A stretch of 64,000 bases of DNA, from assembly GCA_038231135.1 (NCBI GenBank), contig JBBRLX010000020.1:1-64000 (forward strand), read 5' to 3'. A program made the translations under genes and the position numbers. Below the pieces are notes generated by a model, which did no database searches, was not told where the DNA came from, and worked only from the letters and a program-made list of their open reading frames with translations. Numbering within the stretch: position 1 is the stretch's first letter; every line of letters starts with the position of its first letter. The stretch is from Candidatus Eiseniibacteriota bacterium. Lineage in GTDB: Bacteria > Eisenbacteria > RBG-16-71-46. Shown one piece after another: positions 56,767 through 64,000 of this stretch.

Positions 56767-57549
56767 TCAGTGGTGGTGCATCTCGTCGAGCCGCTTCGCC
56801 GGGTTCGGATTGCGGGGTTCGAGCTTCATCGCCTTCTGGTACTCCACGACCGCGTTCGTCGTGTCCCCCAGTGCGCGATAGGCCTCGCCCAGGCCGTCGT
56901 GCACCATCCCCGAGTCGGGGAACCGGTCCGCGTTCAGGCGGAACAGCACGATCGCACCCTTGGGATCCTGCTTCTCGAGCGCGTGGTAGCCGGCGGCGTT
57001 CAGCGCCTGCTCCCGGAAGTCGTAGGCGCCCGAGTTCTCGTAGCGGGCCCGCAACGCCTGATAGCGGGCGACCGTGGAATCGGCTCCCAGCTTGTCGTAG
57101 GTCAGCGTCAGCTCGTCGCCGAGCGTGCGCGGGCGTGAGGTGCCGTGATGGCAGGTGATGCATCCCACGGTCACGCGGTCGGGAACGTCGGGCAGGATCT
57201 GCTTCACCTGGTCGTTCACCGAGCCCACCATCTTCATCATGCCCCGCGCCACATCCTTCTTGGGGTTCTTGTCGGACGGAAAATCGAACGCGCTGAGCGG
57301 CTCGCCTTCCTTGCCCACGTGACAGAACTGGCAACGCACGCCGAGCGCCCCGGAGAAGCCGGACATGATCGAGCGCAGTTTCTGCTTGTCGGTATCCTTC
57401 GGCAGCACCTTGAGGTTCTTGGCCGTGTCGGGCCACGACCACGATTGCTGAGCCGCCGCGGGAGTGACCGGGGCGGCTCCGGGACCGCGCAACAACCCCA
57501 CCACCAGCAACAACAGGAACACCACGAACGCCAGCGGACCACGTTTCAT
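56767..57549 (-). CDS. Diheme c-type cytochrome (reaction-centre cytochrome c subunit-like domain) fused to TPR
   Basis: Signal peptide. KNLKVLP..IM..ALGVRCQFCH, KDVARGMMKM, VGCITCHHG. TPR segment LNAAGY..DGLGEAY..YQKAMKLEP. Confidence 0.85.
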   Translation of the reverse strand: MKRGPLAFVVFLLLLVVGLLRGPGAAPVTPAAAQQSWSWPDTAKNLKVLPKDTDKQKLRSIMSGFSGALGVRCQFCHVGKEGEPLSAFDFPSDKNPKKDVARGMMKMVGSVNDQVKQILPDVPDRVTVGCITCHHGTSRPRTLGDELTLTYDKLGADSTVARYQALRARYENSGAYDFREQALNAAGYHALEKQDPKGAIVLFRLNADRFPDSGMVHDGLGEAYRALGDTTNAVVEYQKAMKLEPRNPNPAKRLDEMHHH

Positions 57550-57758
57550 CGAACGCTCCTCGAAGGTCACGGCAAATCCCGATTCGGCCCGGCCCCGAAT
57601 CGGCCGCGCACAGCAACTGCATAACCCGAAATCGGGCGCGAGTCGAGGACGAAATGACGCAAGGGGTGCCGGGCGACGTGAACGGGGCCCGAAGTGAACC
57701 TGACTTCACATGCTGCTAGAATGTGCCGCCGCGTTCGAGTGCACTTGAGGAGACCTCC

Positions 57759-58331
57759 ATGCCCGCTCTCGGTGTCATCATCGCCAGCACACGCGAGGGC
57801 CGCGCGGGGCTGCCGGTCGCCGAGTGGTTTCTCGAGATCGCCCGCGGCCACGGGCGTTTCGACGTCCACACAATCGATCTCAAGCAGCTCGGCCTGCCGC
57901 TGCTCGAGGAACCGCACCATCCCCGGCTCGGCCGCTACCAGCAGGCGACGACGCAGGCCTGGAGCGCGCGGGTGGCGGCGCTCGACGCGTTCGTGTTCGT
58001 GACGCCCGAGTACAACTACGGCTCGCCGCCGGCGCTGGTGAACGCGCTGGATCATCTGTCGGCGGAGTGGGCCTGCAAGGCGGCGGGATTCGTCAGCTAT
58101 GGCGGCATCGCGGCCGGCACGCGGTCGGTGCAGATGACGAAGCAGATCCTCACGACGCTCAAGATCGTCCCGATCGTGGAGGCGGTGAACATCCCGTTCA
58201 TCGCCCGCCTGATCGACCCGGCCACGAACACGTTTCCTGGCAACGAGATCCTCGAGAAGTCCGCCATCGTCATGCTCGACGAGCTGGTGCGGTGGACGGA
58301 GGCGCTGGCGGTGCTGCGAACGCCGCGCTAA
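57759..58331 (+). CDS. NADPH-dependent FMN reductase
   Basis: ASTREGR, VTPEYNYG, LVNALD, VSYGG. Confidence 0.92.
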   Translation: MPALGVIIASTREGRAGLPVAEWFLEIARGHGRFDVHTIDLKQLGLPLLEEPHHPRLGRYQQATTQAWSARVAALDAFVFVTPEYNYGSPPALVNALDHLSAEWACKAAGFVSYGGIAAGTRSVQMTKQILTTLKIVPIVEAVNIPFIARLIDPATNTFPGNEILEKSAIVMLDELVRWTEALAVLRTPR

Positions 58332-58452
58332 GGCGAGTCTGCAGCCGGCTCGGCCGTGGGAGTTCGGACGATTCCTTCCGGGATGAGCAACATCTTAATC
58401 TACCGTTCGCGCGGGTTGGCCAGCACTCTTCCAGGTCTTGCTGAGGTTTCGG

Positions 58453-59361
58453 ATGCCGCGATGGTGGGTTGGGGTTGCCCTTGTACTATGCACGTTGACC
58501 ACCGTCCATGGGGCGTCCGCCTGCAGCCAGTGCATGTGCGGCACGCCGTTCCCCGCGGAGGTGCTGGGGGGTGTGGTGCCGGCGCAGTTCACGTACGGCC
58601 TCGAGGAGCGTTACCTCTCCAAGTCGAATGCCCTCGACGACGGGCCGGGCCAGGAACGGGAACGCGAGCATCGCGTCGCCGCGTTCGGAATGTGGCGTCC
58701 ACTCGGCGCCGTCGCCCTGCTGGGCCGCGTGCCCTACAACGTGAAGCAGATCACTTCCCGCCCGGCGGGCGGGGCCCCGGACATCGAGACGTCGCGTGGC
58801 ATCGGCGACGCCGAGTTGCTCGTGCTCGCAGGTATCTATCGCAGCTCCGGGAGCGCGCCCAGAGTCCTGGGGCTCGTGATCGGCGGCACGGTGCCTACCG
58901 GCTCGAATGACGTCCGGGCCGCCACGGGGACGCGGCTCGATTCACACCTCCAGCCGGGCTCCGGCGCGTGGTCGGTCACGGCGGGTGTGAACTTCGCCGT
59001 CACCGGGGGGCGCGGGGTCTGGGACGCGAGCGCACTCGGACGCACGAGCGGCACCAGCTCCCACGGCTATCGCTATGGCGACGTGGTGCTCTACAACGCC
59101 GGCTTCACGTCGCACGCGTGGCGCGGCCTACAGTGGCTCGCCCAGCTCAACGGCCGCGCCGCGCGCCGCGACCGGCTCGAAAACGGCACGATCGGCGTGA
59201 ACACCGGTGGCTCCGTCACGTATGCGTCGCCCGGGGTGCGCTGGCGCAGCGGTTTCGGTCTCACCGCCGAAGCGGCCCTGCAGGTGCCGGTGACGCAGTC
59301 ATTGTTCGGCGACCAGACCGAACGCACGACCGGCAGGCTCACGCTGTCGATGACCCGTTGA
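58453..59361 (+). CDS. Outer-membrane barrel (Phenol_MetA_deg-like) with N-terminal CxxCxCG motif
   Basis: Signal peptide ending ASA, then CSQCMCG. GIGDAEL, PTG, HLQPGSG, GYRYGD, NTGG..SPG. Confidence 0.72.
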   Translation: MPRWWVGVALVLCTLTTVHGASACSQCMCGTPFPAEVLGGVVPAQFTYGLEERYLSKSNALDDGPGQEREREHRVAAFGMWRPLGAVALLGRVPYNVKQITSRPAGGAPDIETSRGIGDAELLVLAGIYRSSGSAPRVLGLVIGGTVPTGSNDVRAATGTRLDSHLQPGSGAWSVTAGVNFAVTGGRGVWDASALGRTSGTSSHGYRYGDVVLYNAGFTSHAWRGLQWLAQLNGRAARRDRLENGTIGVNTGGSVTYASPGVRWRSGFGLTAEAALQVPVTQSLFGDQTERTTGRLTLSMTR

Positions 59362-59435
59362 CCTGGGTCGGCGCGGCGCCCGTGCCGGCCCTCGCAGCCG
59401 TTGACAGTGCCGGCGCGCCATGTGAGTTTCCCGCC

Positions 59436-60947
59436 GTGCGCGACTTCCTGACGGCGTTCGTTCTCGGCCTGTGTACGCTAGCGACCGCCTATGCCATGGA
59501 GCGGGCGGTGGCGCCGTTCTATGGCCAGGGCGCGTTCCTGCTCACCACCACGCTCGTCGTGGCATTTCTCGCGATCGCCGCCGGGCTCGCACTGGGCGCC
59601 TTGCGTGCCGCCAGCCAGCGCCATGGAACGACCGCCGTGCCGTTGCTGGCGGCGATCGGCTGGACACTGCTGGCCGCCTGGCTGCGCACGCCGTTGTTGC
59701 AGGTACTCGGCGCCGCCGGGCTCAGACTGGCCACCGTGATTGCGGTCGTGGCATTCATCGGCGTGCCGGTGTCCGGGATCGCCTCGACGCTGGCGTATTC
59801 GACGGGACAGACGTCGGCGTCGCGACCCGGCGGCAGCGCGTGGTACGCGATCGCCTCCGCGCTGTCCGGCGCGGCGATCGGCGTGCCGCTCGTGATCTGG
59901 CTGTTGCTGCCGGGACTCGGCATCTCGGGAACGTTGATTCTCACCGCGGGCGTCGAGGGCCTCGTGGGATGCGTCATCCTCGGCGGCACCGGTAGCGCCG
60001 TGGCCCAGAGCGCCGCCGCGGTGCTCGTGGTGCTCGTCTCCGTGTTCTGTGCCGACGGCTCCCGGCACGATTCCAGGCGCGGCGTGATCGAGGCCCGCGA
60101 AGGCGCCGCGGCGCAATACCGGGTCGTGGAACGCGAGGACGGGCGCTTCCTCATCGCCGATGGCGGGATCCAGACCATGCTGTCCAAGGACACCGGCGAG
60201 CCGCTGTGGCGGCCGGCCGCCGCGCTCCGCATCGTGGACCTGTTCTTCGCCCATCCGGACTCGATGGTGGTGCTCGGCCTGCGCGGCGGCGCCGTCGCCA
60301 AGTACTTCGCACGCGAGGGCTGGCAGGTGACCGCGGTCGAGCCGGATCCCGACGCGCTCGGCATCGCGTCACGCAGCCTGTCGTTCAGCGCCCGCGAGAT
60401 CCCGACCCGGATCGACGACCTGCGCCAGTTCGTGCGAACGGATTCCGGCCGCCACCCGGTCGTGATCCTCGACGCCTTCGGCGCCAGCCCGTTTCCACGG
60501 CACCTCGTGACCCGCGAGTTCTTCGCCGAGGTGTCGCGCCGCGTGGCGACGAACGGCCTGTTCGCCACGGTCGTGGTGGCGCGAGGCTGGGACGATCCGC
60601 TGATCGCGTCGCTGGCAACTGAATTGCGCGAGAGGTTCCGATCCGTGGTCGCGCTCCCGACCAGCGAGCCCCCCAATACCGTGGGGTCGATCGTGCTGCT
60701 GGCGTCGAACCGCACGCTCGAGCTGCCCGAGGAACGCCTGCCGCAGCCGACGGACTACCTGATGAACCCGGAGGGCCTGTGGGGCGTGACGCAAATGAAC
60801 CACGCCTGGCTCAATCGCTTCACGCCGCCCGCGGGGAGGGAGGAGTTCACCGACGATCGAAGCGGGATCGACCGGATCAGCGACGGCATCCTTTACGCGA
60901 GCCGCCTCGACGCGCATCAGACGTTCGCGGCCGGCGGGCTCTGGTGA
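59436..60947 (+). CDS. Fused membrane / spermidine-synthase-like methyltransferase
   Basis: About seven TM helices, then VLGLRGGAVA, VEPDP, DDLRQFV, VILDAF, HLVTREFF, FTDD. Confidence 0.78.
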   Translation: MRDFLTAFVLGLCTLATAYAMERAVAPFYGQGAFLLTTTLVVAFLAIAAGLALGALRAASQRHGTTAVPLLAAIGWTLLAAWLRTPLLQVLGAAGLRLATVIAVVAFIGVPVSGIASTLAYSTGQTSASRPGGSAWYAIASALSGAAIGVPLVIWLLLPGLGISGTLILTAGVEGLVGCVILGGTGSAVAQSAAAVLVVLVSVFCADGSRHDSRRGVIEAREGAAAQYRVVEREDGRFLIADGGIQTMLSKDTGEPLWRPAAALRIVDLFFAHPDSMVVLGLRGGAVAKYFAREGWQVTAVEPDPDALGIASRSLSFSAREIPTRIDDLRQFVRTDSGRHPVVILDAFGASPFPRHLVTREFFAEVSRRVATNGLFATVVVARGWDDPLIASLATELRERFRSVVALPTSEPPNTVGSIVLLASNRTLELPEERLPQPTDYLMNPEGLWGVTQMNHAWLNRFTPPAGREEFTDDRSGIDRISDGILYASRLDAHQTFAAGGLW

Positions 60948-61030
60948 TATGCCGCCGAAGGCAGGGTGTCTTCGGGTCCAGTAGCCAGCCGTGAATTCAA
61001 GAAGCGCTTCGACGCCCCTCACGCGGCGCG

Positions 61031-61360
61031 TCAGCGTCCCAGCGGCACGATGTCGCCGGTCTCCTCGATTTCCACGGGATAGCCGTCGAGCCGCTTCGGC
61101 AGCACCGCGGTCAGCTCCGGCGTGCGCCGCTTTACCATGATCCGAATGCACGGCCGGTGATCGCGCGTTTCGCCCTCGTAGACGCCGACGACGCCGGGGT
61201 GCTGCATGAGACCCGGCACATGGGCCGCGATCACCGCTGCGATGTCACGCACGGGCGTCGTCTCCGGGGCGGGTTGGCGGGCGGGTGTCGCGGGCCGGCA
61301 TCCCGCGCCCGAACCCGTCGCGATCAGGACGGCCAGCAGGAACCGGAGGGGACGCCGCAT
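61031..61360 (-). CDS. Small lipoprotein homologous to the prodomain of the upstream protease
   Basis: Lipobox GAGC. LMQHPGVVGV..RPCI..LPKRLDGYPVEIEETGDIV. Confidence 0.78.
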   Translation of the reverse strand: MRRPLRFLLAVLIATGSGAGCRPATPARQPAPETTPVRDIAAVIAAHVPGLMQHPGVVGVYEGETRDHRPCIRIMVKRRTPELTAVLPKRLDGYPVEIEETGDIVPLGR

Positions 61361-61456
61361 GCATCGCAGCGTCGCACGTTCGCAGGTTCAGCTCCACCGG
61401 AAATGCGTCGAGGCGCCGGCGGGCTGCCGGCGCCTCGAACGCTGTACCGCCAAACG

Positions 61457-62566
61457 TCAGTGGCCGACCATCGAGGCTCCGAGGAAGCTCAGGACCTGCC
61501 CGATCGGGTTCGCGATCGCGCTCGTCGAGCTGCCGGCGAACAGCAGGCCCACGGCGCGCGGATTCGTGGTGACGTCCTCGACCATCAAGGAGCCCGAGTC
61601 ACCGCTGTTCAGGAACCGTGAGCCCTTGTTCTTGACCACGATCTGGCCCGTGAACGTCTTCGTGAACGCGCTGCCGCCGGCGCACTCGTTCTCGTACGCC
61701 ACACTGACCGTGGCGTTGAGTCCGCTGATGCTGCTGCGCGACAGGCCGGTCGTACGGCCGCTCTTCTTCACGGCCTGGCCGATCGACGCCCCCACGGTGC
61801 TCGCGCTGATCGTTCCGACATCGAGGATCGAGCCGTCGGTGCGCACCATGCCCGAGATCACCGAGGCGATCGCGCAATCGACGTTCGAACCCGGCAGGCT
61901 CTTGATGCCCGACAGGCTGGCGACGTTCTGTGCGCTGGTCGCGGTGCAGCCCACGTCGATCAGCCCCGGCTGCACGACCGGATCGCCGGCCTTGGCCACG
62001 CGACCGTTGCCGCCGCTCACGATGTCGGCTTCGAACACGTGATAGTTGCTCAGCACGTACTGGGTGCCGCCCTTGGATACCAGCGAACCCAGCGTGCCGC
62101 CGCAGCAGTAGCCGTTGGCGAGGTCGTAGCGCCAGCCACCCGAGGTGCCGAGCTGGATCGGGGCCGTCTGCTTGGCCTTGTGGTCCGCCATCGCGACGAT
62201 CTTGCCCGTCACTTCCTCGACGACCGGCTGGCCTTCGATCATCGCCGGCAGCCGGCCGGCGCCGAGAGCGCGCTCCGTGAGCACCAGCACCGCGGGACGG
62301 CCGCTGGCATCGAGGCCGACCGCGGTGCCGATCACGTTCGGGATCGACATCAGCGAGCGGGTGTTGCGCTCCTGGATCTGGATGAGGCGCTGCACCTGCG
62401 GGTTCCGCAGGCTGAGACCGGTCTCGGCGGGGTTGTTCTGCGACAGGCCGCTGACCGGAGCGAGCGGGCTCTGTTGAGTGCTGCATCCGATGAGGGCGAC
62501 GGTGGCGATGCTGGTTGCGGCGAGAGCGACGAGCCACAGTGTTCGGGAACGGGGGACATTCCGCAT
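61457..62566 (-). CDS. Trypsin-like (NAL1-like) serine protease lipoprotein with prodomain
   Basis: GGAGG RBS, lipobox LIGC. GTLG, LSNYHV (His), VDCAIA (Asp), KSGRTTG, GDSGS (Ser), VGLLFAG. Confidence 0.88.
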   Translation of the reverse strand: MRNVPRSRTLWLVALAATSIATVALIGCSTQQSPLAPVSGLSQNNPAETGLSLRNPQVQRLIQIQERNTRSLMSIPNVIGTAVGLDASGRPAVLVLTERALGAGRLPAMIEGQPVVEEVTGKIVAMADHKAKQTAPIQLGTSGGWRYDLANGYCCGGTLGSLVSKGGTQYVLSNYHVFEADIVSGGNGRVAKAGDPVVQPGLIDVGCTATSAQNVASLSGIKSLPGSNVDCAIASVISGMVRTDGSILDVGTISASTVGASIGQAVKKSGRTTGLSRSSISGLNATVSVAYENECAGGSAFTKTFTGQIVVKNKGSRFLNSGDSGSLMVEDVTTNPRAVGLLFAGSSTSAIANPIGQVLSFLGASMVGH

Positions 62567-62867
62567 GGTTCGATCCTCCATCTTATGAGGGGAAACGTGG
62601 GGTGGCTCCGCTCGCAGGCCAGGAGCCTGATGCGAAACTGACAGAAGACAAGACGGAGTCAAGCACTATTCGGCATTGCCTGCCTTCGACCCCGGCGCAC
62701 CATGACGGCCGGCACGCTTTCGAGGCTGCGTTCCGCCGCTGAACGACTCACAATTATATGGATCGGCGGCAATTGACCTCTGCTAGGCTCCCCCCAGCAG
62801 GAACCCCCACCGGAGTCTGCCGCAGGCTCCACCATCCAACACCGGTCCTGTTTCGTTGGAGTCGATC

Positions 62868-64000
62868 ATGACCATTCAGGGTTCATCCGTCGCTACCGAG
62901 AAGTTGCGCGCCGCCATGCGCGGCGAAGTGATCCAGCCCGGAGACGCGAAGTACGACGAAGCACGCAAGATCTGGAACGGCGATATCGATCGCCATCCCT
63001 CCGTGATCGCGCGGTGCGCCGACGTCGATGACGTGCGCGCGGCGATCGCGTTCGCGCGCGATCATGGGTTGAAGCTGGCGATCAAGTCCGGCGGCCACAG
63101 TATGCCTGGCCACTCGATCGCGGACGGCGCACTGATGATCGACATGCGCCCGATGAACAAGGTCACGGTGGATGCGGCCAAACGGACCGCCACGATTCAG
63201 GGCGGAGCGATCTGGTCGGAGGTCGACGGCGCCACCCAGGCGCACGGCCTCGCGGTCACCGGCGGCCATGTGACGCACACCGGTGTCGCCGGGCTTACGC
63301 TCGGCGGCGGCATCGGCCACCTGATGCGCAAGCTCGGGCTCACGATCGACAACCTGGAATCGGTGGAGTTGGTGACGGCCGACGGCAAGGTGCAGCGCGC
63401 GAGCTCCATCGAGAACCCCGACCTGTTCTGGGCCGTGCGCGGCGGTGGCGGCAACTTCGGCGTCGCCACCGAGTTCGTCGTGCGGCTGACGCCGGTGGGA
63501 CCCACGGTGCTCGGCGGGCTTGCGTTCTATGCGCCCGACAAGGGCCCCGAGCTGCTGCGCCGCTACGCCGAGTACTGCAAGACGGCGCCGGACGAGGTCA
63601 CGACGATCGTCGTCTACCTGCACGCTCCGCCGTTCGACTTCGTGCCCAAGGCGGTGCAGCTCAAGCCGGGATATGCGCTGGTGGTCGTCGGCACCGACAT
63701 CGCCATCGCGGAGCAGGCGGTCAAGGAGTTGCGCGCGTTCGGGCCGCCGTTGTTCGACATCATCTCGCCGATGCCCTACGTCGCGGTGCAGGGCATGTTC
63801 GATCCGGCGCAGCCGCCCGGCACGCTGGTGTACTCCAAGGCGCACTACCTGCAGCAGTTGAACGACAAGTCGATCGCGGCCATCCACGAGCGCGCGCTGT
63901 CGATGCCGCCGGGACACTCGAGCCTGTTCATCCTGCAGATGGGTGGCGCGGTCGCGCGGGTGCCGGACGATGCGACGGCGTTCGGCGGCCGTGACGCGGC
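62868..64000 (+). CDS. FAD-binding oxidoreductase (berberine-bridge/6-HDNO family), truncated by the window end, absent from the ORF track
   Basis: MTIQG..YDEARKIWNG..PSVIARC..IKSGGHS..TGVAGLTLGGGIG..DLFWAVRGGGGNFGV. The frame stays open to the edge. Confidence 0.93.
   Translation, partial: MTIQGSSVATEKLRAAMRGEVIQPGDAKYDEARKIWNGDIDRHPSVIARCADVDDVRAAIAFARDHGLKLAIKSGGHSMPGHSIADGALMIDMRPMNKVTVDAAKRTATIQGGAIWSEVDGATQAHGLAVTGGHVTHTGVAGLTLGGGIGHLMRKLGLTIDNLESVELVTADGKVQRASSIENPDLFWAVRGGGGNFGVATEFVVRLTPVGPTVLGGLAFYAPDKGPELLRRYAEYCKTAPDEVTTIVVYLHAPPFDFVPKAVQLKPGYALVVVGTDIAIAEQAVKELRAFGPPLFDIISPMPYVAVQGMFDPAQPPGTLVYSKAHYLQQLNDKSIAAIHERALSMPPGHSSLFILQMGGAVARVPDDATAFGGRDA

Noticed and set aside
56767..57549. 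Evidence for phototrophy from the PufC-like cytochrome
   Set aside because: Only two hemes, a TPR fusion, and no puf or bch genes in the window.
61457..62566. Protease as an anti-phage effector
   Set aside because: It has a lipoprotein signal and no neighbouring NTPase, nuclease or other defence genes.

Overview
High-GC bacterial chromosomal window with about 52 CDS. I saw no rRNA, tRNA or CRISPR array. Five large secreted proteins end in a T9SS type-A/FlgD-Ig-like C-terminal domain, and there are several outer-membrane barrels; together these suggest an FCB-group diderm, plausibly Candidatus Eisenbacteria (inference). From left to right the window holds: the 5' end of a probable IS transposase; an Asp-box propeller protein; a Cyc2-like cytochrome-porin; an ArnT-like/asnB pair; an NCS1 transporter; a barrel-PepSY-TolC-MFP-RND-two-component module; two paralogous purple-acid-phosphatase-like proteins; modABC with a half-length ModA; a protein with three copies of an unrecognised Cys-rich domain; BlaI plus a repeat-bearing BlaR1-like M56 protein upstream of an L,D-transpeptidase and an M13 peptidase; an ABC transporter divergent from a sensor-less two-component system; a MetE-like gene translationally coupled to a hybrid kinase; a diheme cytochrome; a NAL1-like lipoprotein protease followed by a stand-alone copy of its own prodomain; and a truncated FAD oxidoreductase. 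The best candidates for undescribed systems are the protease plus free prodomain, the MetE-like/kinase pair, the Cyc2-like protein, the single-lobe ModA, the Cys-rich domain and the BlaR1-repeat/LdtD locus. All family calls come from motif recognition by eye; no database searches were run.
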